Origin: Trichinella spiralis
Lineage: Eukaryota
NCBI RefSeq assembly: GCF_000181795.1
Contig: NW_003526945.1
Location: forward strand, 5,613,503-5,677,502
Reading direction: 5' to 3'
Length of the DNA stretch: 64,000 nucleotides
Positions 19,701 to 32,270 of the stretch are shown here, piece after piece. The notes beneath the pieces are model-generated. The model saw nothing but the letters and a program-made list of their open reading frames with translations. It searched no databases and had not been told where the DNA came from. A program made the position numbers and the translations under genes. The stretch's first letter is position 1; every line of letters starts with the position of its first letter.

Positions 19701-20542
19701 CGATGATGAGAAGGGAAAAAATTACTTGTTATTGCAACAGCACTGCTGCTTTTTCATGGACTTTTCAGACAAAAGTTTCATCTCCCAAGTTGTTCATTTT
19801 ATTATTGCACTACCTGTGTTTTATGTCAAAAAAAATTCAAGAAACCCACACCCACACCAACACACACACACATACACATACACATACACATACAGACACA
19901 TATATAAACCAGAACAACCGCCACCAGATATATATAATAATATGAATTGCAATTGAAAAATTGAATATAATATTTGCTAACTGAGTTCAAGTTTTTGCTT
20001 GGGGATAGGCAAGCACGGGGCTAGGCAATAATGAAAAGATGGTAGTTGAAATATTTTGGACCTGACGATGAACGTGAGACCAGAAATTGTTCACTCCCAC
20101 TCAACAGTGAGAAAAGAGAGTGAGAAAGAAAGAGATAGACTGATAAAGATATAGACAGAAAGAGAAAGAGCACAAACAAACCGATAAATAAATTGATAAA
20201 TAGATAAACAAAAGGGGCTTTTGCTTGGAAAAAAGCACAAAACAAAAGCCGCTATCTTAAACATGTCTAAAAAATACTAGATAAATTTTCTCGTCAACTC
20301 ATCGTTCATTCATCTTCCGTCACTTTCATATCACGCAACAACTTTGCGCATCAGTGCAAATGTAGCTAATGAACAGAACTGAGCAGAAGAGAACTGAACT
20401 GAACTGAACTGAAGAGGTATATAGTGATGAAAAACGAAATATAGATACAGAGACAGATATATATATATATATATAAATATATATTATACGGAGAGATAGA
20501 TAAATTTATATAAAACACCGTGTAGTGCAAAACATTTCCACT

Positions 20543-21997
20543 TCAACGACCGTACGAATCGGTGCTGCTGGCAAAGCGGCCACGTCGCAGAGCTTTGAAT
20601 TCGTCCGACGAACGGCTGTGCAATGTCGACGTGGTGTGGTGCAACGCCTTGGTCTTGGTGGAATCGATCACCGCGTAGTTGGTCGAAGAAGAAGTACCGG
20701 CACCGGTCGCTGCATCACCAAAAGTTCGGGACGTGGTCGGCGTCTGCAGATTGGACGAAGACGACGCCGACGAGCCCATTTCCAAAGTGACATAATTCAA
20801 CTGGCTCATGTCGTACGCTTGGTCTTCGGCTTTTGCCACCGCCGGATTCTGCTGTTCACCATTGCCACCGTCCGACAGCGAACAAGTCAATGGAAGAGGA
20901 GTCGGCTCCGGCTCCGGTACTGTTGCCGTTGGAGCAACTAACGCTCGGATTGGTTCCAAAGCTGCTGGCATCAACGTTGCTGCTCCTGCTGCTGCTGGTG
21001 GTGGTGGTGGTGTTGGTCGTTCGGCATTTTTGGCCTTGGAGCGCGACGAGCCAGATCTGCCAAGAAATTGGAAAAATCGTCGTCGGTCTTGATTCACAAC
21101 TTGTTCAACTAAACAAGAAGAATAAATTAAGTGAACAACAAGAAAAATAAAGAAATAATAATAATAAGCAAACCCGGATTAGCGGCTTGATTCAACGGAT
21201 GGACGTTGATGTAATGGGACTGGCTGTTGGTCGACGGAGCCGCAGCGTTGGATCGTAGATCGACGAAGCAAGCGTTTCTCTGAGTGGGAATGTGCAATTC
21301 GCTGAACTCGGAGAAATCGTTCATCAAACGGATCGTGTTGCAGTTGCCAAATCGAGAAGCGCCTACAATTTGAACAAATAAAAAGAAAAAATGGAAAATT
21401 TTCCCACAAAAATAACACCAAGCTTACCATTGGCTCTTGAAAATTCGGCGCGATTGCCAAAAAAACTAAAATTTTAAAAATTATCATGAATTATCGTCAC
21501 AAAACAAAAAAATATTATAAATAAATAAATATATATATATACTCGGACGATGTAAAACGCTGGATGGAAGAGTTGTCGAATCGATCCGCTTCGTTGTAGG
21601 CCGTGGATGTAGCAGTTTCCAAAATGATTCTCTGCACTTGGCAAAACAGCTCGCTAGCCCGAGAACACTGGAACGTGTAAACACCAGGTCCGAATTCACA
21701 CCGACGTCCGCTTTCAAATCTGCAAATAAAATATAATAAAAAATAACTCATTTTTTTGTTAAAATAATAAATTTGTTGTATTGGATGTAACCTGAAAAAA
21801 TCGTCGCAAAAACCGTAACAACGAACATGGTGCCACGGACATTGAATAATCAACGCGGTACGCTGGTGGAAGCGGATTCCGAACGGGCCGATTTCAATTG
21901 AACCGCGGACAGTTCTGCCGGACGAGAGTTTTGCTGTCACCGAAAAAGAGTGCGATTTGGCGTTTGAATCGAATTGTCGACTTGGAACGCAACCCAT
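20543..21997 (-). CDS. frs2: FRS2/FRS3-like (ROG-1-type) lipid-anchored IRS-PTB docking protein; exons 21997-21792, 21719-21543, 21465-21428, 21362-21174, 21108-20543
   Basis: N-terminal MGC myristoylation motif. PTB core WHHVRCYGFCDDFF|RFESGRRCEFGPGVYTFQCSRASELF (cf. FRS2 LFSFESGRRCQTGQGIFAFKC). Tyrosine motifs YINV, LNYVTL and NYAVID match FRS2 Grb2/SHP2 docking sites. All splice junctions are in frame. Confidence 0.88.
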
Positions 21998-23938
21998 CGT
22001 CACTTCTGAAACAAACAAGTAAACAAATAAGCAAACAAACAAACAAGCAGTAAACAAATTTTCCTCTGTTGAACAGAGCGCGGCTAAACGGGCCGAGCAT
22101 AGTGGCCGCTGCGCGTAAAAATGAAAATGTGAGCTGAGCGTTGTTGCTGTCGTGGCCGTCGTCATCTACCGGCCAGCGAACGAACCAACGAGCGAGCGAG
22201 CGACGCTTAAATTAGCCAATAGAAGAAGAACAAGCAAGAACAAACCAGACCAAGCCGTGAAATGAGCTTCAGCTAAGAATTTGAAATTTGCTCCTCACGT
22301 GACAATTTTGCGAAGAAGATCAAGAAAGAATAAGAATGAAATGAAATGAAATCAAATCAAATCATCTTTTTCAAACCTACAACAATCAATCATGTCGTGT
22401 TAATTATTGAAATTTCTATTTTAAAAAATGAATGTTTTTCACTGTTGGGCAAAGATACAAGCGTTGATTAGTGTTAGTTGTTGGTTTTTTCAATTTTACA
22501 CAAACATCGTCAGCAAAAGATTTTCAACGACAAGCCCAACATAGCTAAAAATAAGAAAAAGATCAAAAAAAAGAGAAAGAGAGAGACACTGGCAGTGTGA
22601 AAGCCGCCGGCGGCTAGATGGGAGGAAATTTTGCCCCTACACCGGCCGGCGCGCGGCAACAACTGACTACGAACCAAACGGCAAAAGAATATTAAAGACG
22701 ACCACCAAGCGCACGGCGCTGGCCAACCGAGCGCGCGCGCTGGTTGCATCTGCACCGCTCGACTATTTTCTGTTCGAAAATTAGCTCTCGCTTCTGTTGC
22801 TTTCTGCCACTTGCTAAACTGACCATGCTAACGGGAAAAGGCGATCATGGAAACCCGCCTCAAAAAATATAAAACAACAACTTACAGTAGCCAACCAACA
22901 ATCTTGTGAATCAGAAAAATAACAGAGAAAATTAATTAAATTGAAAATTGACAAAAAATGCTGACGATGTATAATTTTTAAAAATTAACTACGCAAAAGA
23001 AAAAAAACTGATAACGATCACTCGGCTGGCGTGTTTTTTTTCTGCTTCAATCACAGTAAACAAAGTGAAAAGCTTGCGCCACGACAAAAACCAACAACAA
23101 CAACAACACCGACGATGACGACGCAAGCACACTCGAAGTTATCAGCTTGTCGATTTTCAAACCCAATTCTACCGAATCGGTTCATCTAGAAAAATTCATT
23201 AAAATATTTAACAAAAGAAACTATATATGCAAATAAATAAATAAATCATAACCAATTTTTTTATGGTTGAAAAAACTGACAAAAACAATCGACTCCAGAC
23301 TCAATTGAACGGTGAACAATTTTTTGCAATAAAGAAAAAACAAATCCACTCCACCGCAGCAACAGTCGTCGACAAGTCAACTTGGAGGGGCCTCACAGCC
23401 GAGAAAAACGACAGCCGCCAAACTGAACGCAAGCCCGACTGAATTTAACAAAATTAAAATGTGAATTTTAACTACAGTAAAACATGCTTTATTGATTTTC
23501 AAGTTAAAAATGTATATAAAAAATGACATCATTTATTTTAAAAAACGTTTTAAAAAAATGTACCAACTTTTCATGTACACCAAAAAACAGATACACCGAA
23601 AGTAAAAACAATTGTTCAACGCGTATAATGATGTATTTTTATTTGTTAAAAATTATTTCGTTCCATTATTACGCCCATTCGACAAATTGTACAATTGAAA
23701 TAAATTGAAATTTGAAAAAATAAGTAAATTTTATTCACAAAAATTGCAAACACTTTTTCCATTTTATTTTTATTCCAGTATCATCTACCAAAATATGAGC
23801 TTCTCTGTTCAATGGCAGCACCAAAAAACACGGCAGCCATGCGCGCAAATAAAATAAAATTATTAAAATTCTTCAATTCACAGCAACTTTCAAACCGAAG
23901 TAAAAATATTCACTCTTCACGTTCAAATGCACCAACGT

Positions 23939-25811
23939 TCACCAGCGTACTTGCGACTGGAAATGCTTCTGCACACTCACACGCTTCACGTATTCGTACA
24001 TGGTGATAAAGAAAAAAGAGGAAATACAAACGGAACATACGCGCGCTGTCAGTCCCATGGTAAAAATTCCGAAACGTTCTTTTTTCCACAAATTCAACAT
24101 CGTCTCACGCCATTTTGTTCCGCGAACCTTTAATAATGAAATTTCAGTTTCATTCACTTAACAAAACATTACATTCGACACGAAATTTTTTCTAAATGCC
24201 GAAAATAATAAAGAAAAAATTATCTAAATTATCCAGCCTTAAATTATTTGTAAAAATTATAACGAATGGTGTTAACATTTCATTTATTTGAAATTCAGAC
24301 TTCATTCAACTAGAAAAACATTTGAATGTTGAATGATGATTCAAATTTCAAACACCCAAAGCTTCATGTCTGTCGCCAAACGCTCAATCTACATACAGTC
24401 TGCTTATTTGATAAAACAAAATTTTAATATCAATGTGTTTCTTTCATAATGGCAACACTCTGCACACCACTGAAATCATAATAATTCACAAAACAATACA
24501 TTTTCAATTTGAACAAAATATTTTTTTAACTAATTACTTCATTCAACTTACATCCATCCACTGCAATTATTTCAACTCATCTTAAAGCAATCCACACTCT
24601 TTTAATTCCTAATTGCAATAAAATTTACTTGAATTACTTGAACATTATTATTTAAGAGACAACAAATCTGTACAATAATCACCTGCAAATTCGTACGAAA
24701 CACATCTAAAGAGTGAGTAAGGACAGTTGCTGTCAGAGAAGCCACAGTAGCTGAAACACCAGTCACGACAATTTGAGGAACAGAATCGACCTTCTTGCAA
24801 ATATAATCTGAAATTATATTTCAAATTTTGTTAATTATATTTAAGATCATACATATAGTAAAATTATAGAACAATGAATGAAAATGAAAGTCAAGACTTT
24901 TTTTTAACTAAAAAAAATGAAAACATATATTTTCGACAGCCTAAACTGAACAAATAATAGAAACTAATTTCAATTAAATCCAATTTGAAAAACATTTCAC
25001 CTGATAAAGCATGGTAAGTTGACCAAAACACAGCACTGCTTGGTGCGTAACACAACAGCGATGCAAAATAGCCACGGTAAAAACCGCGGATAAGACCATC
25101 TCGTTCGTAAATTTGTTTGCAGATGAGATAGCTGAGAGGTCCCTTGGCATCTTTGCATTTTTCAGACAAATTCAATGGAGATTCAAAAATCGACGCGTCT
25201 ACGCTCATTGGATGCTTTTTCGAAGCAATGTGAGAAACCATCATGTGCTGAGAGACAACGTCAAGCGGAACCAAAATTAGTTGAGCCCCGGCAGTAGCTC
25301 CCGCACCGGCAATAAATGCTCTGTTAATAATAAAAAAACAAAAACAATTTCATCACATGAACGATTAAATAATACAAATAAATGAACGCTTTTCAATACA
25401 CCTATTACTATTTCTGCATAAAGATTAGCAAAAATGTAATTACCGAAGATGGCTGTTCGCAAAGTCATGCTTAGAGAGTTTCTCTCGTATCTTTTCATAC
25501 AACATCAAGTAAGTCATAACCGATGTCATCTGCAAAGAATTAGGAAGAAACCCACGATACAAAGCTCGACCGCCTTCATTGGCAAGAATGTGGCGAAAAG
25601 TGCCCAATGTGCCCATTCCGGCATAAACCTTTGGCTCAATTTGCATTCGCGTTTTTACCACAGTTAGTGGATAAGTCAAAGTGCGAATTGTAAAAGACGA
25701 TGCTGTATTTAAGCGTAGATATTTTGCCACGTCCAGCATGTGCCATTCGATAACTTGGAATCCTTTGGAACCGAAACCCATCGAATCGCCCACTGGCTCC
25801 ATGTTCGACAT
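23939..25811 (-). CDS. slc25a44: Mitochondrial carrier, SLC25A44-like; exons 25811-25444, 25320-25001, 24807-24683, 24127-23939
   Basis: N-terminal IEWHMLD motif. Three carrier repeats: YPLTVVKTRMQ, VPLDVVSQHMM and HSLDVFRTNLQ. Also GFYRGYFASL..YAPSSAVFW and a C-terminal YEYVKRVS...VRW. Exons join in frame. Confidence 0.9.
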
Positions 25812-27685
25812 TAGACCTAAAAGTAAATAATGTAACAAAACATGTGAAGAAACGACATACACAACTACTAATGAAGTCTACCTTTTCACCAGAGTACTGA
25901 AAACACGTACAGTACCCAAGTAATTTTCAGGTTAGATAGCTAGTTAAAAAAATTGTCAACAACAAAGATAAATATTTTTTCAGTAAGCAGTAATATTAAT
26001 ATTAAATGTAATATTTTTTTTTGAAATTTAATTAGTTATAAATTTTAAAATTAATGTCTAAAAATTTTTTAATTTTGCAGTTTAAACAATTAGTATTACT
26101 GTAACTTTCGGAATATTTAATGTGAAAAATTCTCTGCACATTTAAAGCAAGCAGTTTCTTAATTTTTACTTAAAGTATAGATATTAAAAAAAGATAAATT
26201 AAATTATTTCTGCTGTTATTATAAGATGCCTGTTGAAACTGCAAAGTGCGTGGTTTCGAGAGATACAATGCATCTTTAATTAAATTTTAAAAAAGTCACA
26301 TATTTTTTCAATTTTTTTGTTAATTTTACGTATTCTCATTTTCATACTGCCAATGATTCGAAACAGTATCCAAAAACCATTAAGAAAGTCTTTATTCAGA
26401 AATAAAATCAAAAACACCGTGAAGAATTCGCCTTCATATAAATGAACTTTGTGTTTTTTGACAATAATGATAAACAAAAATACATAGCTGTAGAATATTT
26501 TGAAAATTCATTTCAGAATTGTTACTGACATTTTTTAGATTTTGCATAATGTTTACTTCTTCAGCACCGTTCTTTATGTATAGGTGACGCATGGACTTTT
26601 CTTTTCCATGATTGCTAAATGAGATTCCGATTGTCAAACGAAGTGAGTAATCTGAACATTGTTTTTAGATATGTCAATCGAAAATAAATGTGACAAATAG
26701 CTAAAGATGCAAGAATGAAGAATGGTATAATGACTGAAAGCAGGAATATTTTCTATTGTAAGTTAATGCAGTTATTCAATATAATTTCTATTAAAAATTA
26801 AATCAGCAGGGCAATTGATTCTAATGTGAGTTTCTCCTTAGTGGGTATGCCCAATTGGAACACTAACGGTTTAAATGTTACGAAGTCAATTATTAATATT
26901 TTAACTTGTTTGAAAATACAAAATACGTAATTTAAAGGTGAAGTGTTTTAATTTTCGCAAAATGGTAAGTATTTTATTCATGTAGTATTTATTTCATCTC
27001 ACTCGTAACGTGTAATAACTTTTAATGAGTGTATGAATACACAAGCAATTGTCACAAGACACACACACACACACACACCCAAACACAGGCTAATCTTACA
27101 ACAATTCTAAGTGACCTCTGGAATCAGTCTGGCCTGTCTAGTATATAATCCAATCAAACTCATTTTCTAGCTAGATTTCTTCATGGTACATAACAGTGTT
27201 GTAATGCAATAGTATTATAATAAAGATGTACATGAAAAGTTGGTGCATTTTTTAGCTATATGTCGTATATACGGCAGAGATAATAGTGCTACGATGTGGA
27301 TGACGCTACGATGACAGACAATATTTACAAGATTTGGAAAATTAACAATGATAGTAATTTTTTATATGAAAAAATTGCTTTTATTAAGATATAGTTCAAA
27401 TTTCAAGAGTTTTTACTTTGTGAAGAAAAACTATTTTGCAATGAATTTATTTCCTACTGTAAAAGCTTAAACTAGATCAAATAGTTTCAAGCAATCATTA
27501 TATTTGTTATTTAAAACTTTAAATTGTATTTCAATGTTTTCTAACTTTTTCATTTTAATGCTATAAGTGCCTGAACAGTTTATCAAATTTGGGATCCTGC
27601 TTATATTTTAGTGGTCTACATTTTTACTGTAATAACTTACTATTTGTGGCGTTTGTTTGCGCAGTGCGGAGCATTGCTGTTTGTG

Positions 27686-29639
27686 ATGTCGGCTTTAAAA
27701 CGTTTGATGAATGAATATAAACGTAAAATTGTAGTCTGTTCATTTACAACTACTTACTGCTTGCTTTATTTAAGAGTTGTCGCAAAATGCACCTGAAGGC
27801 ATAATCGCTGGACCCTCAGATAATGACAACTTTTTCGAATGGGATTGTATTATTATGTATGTAATGTGTTTATTATATTATATCCCCAAAAATTTAGTTA
27901 TTAAAATGCAAACACAAGCAGATAAAGTATTTAAAAAGGTATTGATAAAATGAAATCTTGCTTCTATGACTTTCATTTTTTGCGTTATTTTTTGTAATGC
28001 CAGCTGTAGTTTTAATTTATTTGTGGTAAAGTATTTTTCCTGCTTCTATTTTACTGATTAGTTCCCATATATAATCATTTCGATTTCTTTACTTTTCAGT
28101 GAAGTATAATTTTGCTTTCTATCGCTGTTATAAGCTCTTGCAGTGTAGAAAAATGAGCATTAAAGAAATTCTGTGAACGACTGATTTAAGTTTTTTGTGA
28201 AGGTTGTTTTCTTTATTGGTGAATAATGGGTAAATAAGTTCTTTATTTAAATGTAGTGTAGCTCTATGTGTTAGTATTGGAAAGTTGAGTCATACAGTTT
28301 TGATTTTTTTAGTTTCACTACCTATTGGTGTTATCAATATTTCTTTTCATCGATTTGTTTTCTTTAATGTATCAAGAATGTATAATCAACTTTGAACACT
28401 GCTATGTTGAATTTGATTTCATAGAAACGATGAATCATTTCAGTACACTACAATTTGTTGCATTTTGCTTGCGTTGACTTTTCAATGATTTTTTCAGTTT
28501 GCTGAGAAACGCTTAGATGCATTGATATGATTGACTTGTTTGAGCGTTTGAGTGAATCAAGTGCAGCTTGTTATTGGTAGAATTATTTTTATTAAATGCA
28601 AATCACATTCAGGCAAATGCAAGTAGATAATTATTTTCTAGATGGCGGGTAATGTTTTAAAATAGTTGTGAAATAAAAAGTAATAGATACTTTACATTTT
28701 AAATGATGAGAATGAATTTGCTTTAGGCGATCAATGTCACTGACACGTTAACTAGACTGTTAAGCAGATTTGTCTTGTTTTCGTTGAACTTTTTTAGAAA
28801 ACCCTTGATTATAATTTTTCATATTTCAAATTTTCATGCTACTTTTTGTCTTGTTGACTTTTAGGTGACGATAAATACAGTTGATAATCAGTAATAAAAG
28901 ATGCTATTTATTGCAATAACAATGGCATGTTTGTATTGTTATGTTGCTGATGTAATTTATAATAACAATATAATATGTCTAATTTGTCAGCAACATAAAG
29001 TTTATATTTATTCATGTTGAAAATACATTGCATTCTATTTACAGCATATAGCGATAATTTGTTTCATTGCTTGTAAGTTTTTACGGCTTAATTGTGTACC
29101 TTTTGAGAACAGTTTACACTGATTTATTGTATTTTCATGTTTTGTAGCGGCCCTCCGGATACTTATTATGAAAATGGAGTATTTCAAGCAAAGCTCCGGT
29201 TTCCCAGTGACTACCCACTTAGTCCTCCGAAGATGACATTTACTTGTGAAATGTTCCATCCGAATATTTACCCGGACGGACGTGTGTGCATCAGTATACT
29301 GCATGCACCAGGAGACGATCCGACTGGTTATGAATGCGCTGCGGAACGTTGGTCACCAGTTCAAAGTGTAGAAAAGATACTACTATCTGTGCTGAGCATG
29401 TTAGCTGGTAAAGCTAAGTTTTTCATCTAACCTGTATATATATTATATATATACCGGCGAGGATGTTTTGTAAAAAAAATTTTTTAATTTCAGAGCCAAA
29501 TGTAGAAAGTGCCGCAAACATTGCTGCAGCAAAAATGTATCGTGACGACAGGCAACAATTTGAGAAATACGTCAAACGTACAGTACAGGACAGCTTAGGT
29601 TTGGTCGAGAAAACTTCCCAAGAGCAGACTAAAAAGTGA
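27686..29639 (+). CDS. ube2g2: Ubiquitin-conjugating enzyme E2 G2 (Ubc7 family); exons 27686-27722, 27775-27856, 29148-29407, 29494-29639
   Basis: [26 protein letters not shown]...FFEW...[12 protein letters not shown]...[28 protein letters not shown]...[24 protein letters not shown]. The catalytic Cys and the Ubc7 acidic loop are present. Confidence 0.95.
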
Positions 29640-30124
29640 TTGTGAATATATTCTCTTTTCCTTTATAAATGTAAAAGTTCGATAAAAGTAGTAAAATTTG
29701 GTGAAAGGGATTTGCTTTTCATTTTTGAACTCCGCTGCTGCAAATGCATACTTTTTTATCTCGCAGAAATGCAAATCAACACTGTTCGTGCAATTAGAAA
29801 ACGGCAGAAAATAAAACTTCAGTAAAAATCTATGCTGATGTTAACAAGAGAATCTTAATCCTGAAATAATTCCAGGAACTGAAATTTTTGAACACTACTT
29901 TTTTGCAAATTATTGTAAATGGACGACTGTTGCAAATTTTTATCAAATTTTGAATTCACAAATAAAAATTATACTTACTTTTTCATTAATCAAATAATAT
30001 AAAGGGGGGGGAGAGGGTCTTCTGTAAGCATATTTCAATTCTAACCTGAATCTGAGAAATAACCGATATTTGAATAGAATATGCTGCTACTACTACACAT
30101 ACGCACAGCAGAATGTGAAAGAAA

Positions 30125-32270
30125 TTAAAATTTGAATTTTTCCATCGCTTTATCTGCAATAAATTCTGCAATTGCTAAACTGGACGTTGCAGCCGGTGAA
30201 GGAGCATTGCGAGTGTGGAGTATTCGTTGCCCGAGAGTTCCAGTGCCGGAATCGAAAACAAAATCGTCAACCAAATTTCCTTTCACATCCAACGCTTGGG
30301 CCCTCACACCAGTCATTCCACTTGAAAATTTATTAAAAAAATATCATATTAATAAAGTGAAATAACAAAAATTGATATTGGAAAAAATAAATTACCGTTC
30401 CACATCTGCCAACTTGATTTCTGGTATGTAGCGCTGCAGTTGTTTCACTTGAGAACCAATAAAGATGCCACGGTAATATTCGGTGAAACCAAATTTGAAA
30501 TTTTTCATCGCCAACTGGAGAAAACCCCTTTAAAGAAAATATTTATCCCACACCAGACGATGGGGGAAAAGTTTGAAAAAAAAGCAAACAAACGAACTTG
30601 TACAACACGGAATCCAATAGTTCACCGACATTCATTTGGAAGTAGCCATATCCTTCACGTTTGAATGCAAGAACGGCATTCGGACCCAAAATTATATCTC
30701 CGTTCATTTTTGGAGTGAAGTGAACTCCCAAAAATGGCAGACCTGGATGCGGTACCTAATTTTCATAAAATAAAAAGCAATATTTATGGTGAAATGGAAA
30801 AATAATTGCTTACCGGATAAATATTTCCACGAACCAAGTTACGTTTCTCTGGTTTAAGAACTAAATATTCCCCTCTTATGGGCACGATTTTCGGCAACGG
30901 TGAGCATCCAGACATGACAGCAACACGATCCGAATACAAACCGGCGCATGTTATTGCATATTTGCATTGAATTAACTGAACAGGTATATATTTGGAAAAT
31001 TATTAACGTCAAGATGGGGCAAAAAATTCTCTTACAAAACAAAATGACATATACAAAAGAGATAAACAAACGAATTACTTTATCCTTTGAAGTTATTGTG
31101 AGAGGAAATTTGTCTTTGCCTGAGACATTCGCATCTTCATTCAATTTGAAGCTGTCCACTTCGAAATTTGTAATCACTCGACCACCTCGCGATACAACAT
31201 CTTCAGCATAATAATTGGTCACAAGGCCCCAATCAACGATCCCAGTATGAGGAGACCATATAGCTTTCAAACCCTGTAAATGGAATTTAAAAATTTCACA
31301 CTCACACTTGCCAGAAGGAAATTAAACAAGTTCACCTTGCAATGTGGTTCGTAATTTTTAATTTCAGAACCTTCGATTATTTTCAAATCCTTCACTGAAT
31401 TCTGCTGCGCACGTTCGTACAGCTCTTTCAAACCAGCAAGTTCACTTTGCTCCACCGCGACGATCAGCTAAAAACATACAATTAATTGACTATTATTATC
31501 ATTATTATTATTATATGAAACTTATTCATCTTTTCCACAATTACTTTTCCACATTTTTTATACGGGATATTTTTCTTGTTCAAAAATTCATAAGAAAGAT
31601 CCAAACCACGAACACACAATTTTGCCTTCAATGAACCTGGTGCATAATAAATGCCCGCATGAATAACTCCACTATTTCGGGAACTTTGATGAAAAGCTGA
31701 AATGTTCATTCAATTTATAATAGCTGCGCAATTCAAACTTACCGCTTGATAAAATAAAAACTTACCAAATGATTTTAAACACATGCAAAATTTTCTAATC
31801 AGAACAAATAATGCACAATTCTTTATGAATTGAATTTTGAAATTTTACACAAACAATTTTGAATCTTAGAATTCTAGCCTGCTTCACAAATTGGGTAAAT
31901 TAAAAAATGCATATTCACGCATTTGCCCATATGGAAAAATTGAAAAATGTCAACTAAAAGCTGACTAATTTTACTTTTAAAATCTCAAATCAAATAGCAA
32001 AAAAAATTAAATTCTTGCCTAACTTGGATTCTTTTTCTACAATGGCAATTTTTAATTCAGGCATTCGATTGCTGATTTCCCTCGCCGTAGCGCAGCCCAC
32101 AATACCACCGCCCACAACCACCAGATCAAATTTATTTTCCATTGGACCTTTTTGCTGAACAAAATGTTTCCTACATTGTCAAAGCTATAATTGCAAAATC
32201 GTGGGAATGTGAAAAAGCTGAAACTTACCGTGGAATTACAACGGACGAACAACTTTTCAGAAACGTGCAT
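30125..32270 (-). CDS. l2hgdh: L-2-hydroxyglutarate dehydrogenase, mitochondrial (multi-exon)
   Basis: Exonic motifs [103 protein letters not shown] and [17 protein letters not shown]. Confidence 0.93.

Noticed and set aside
28700..28745. TGATGA...CTGA in the long UBE2G2 intron, a possible C/D snoRNA
   Set aside because: Too short, with no terminal stem or recognisable rRNA guide.
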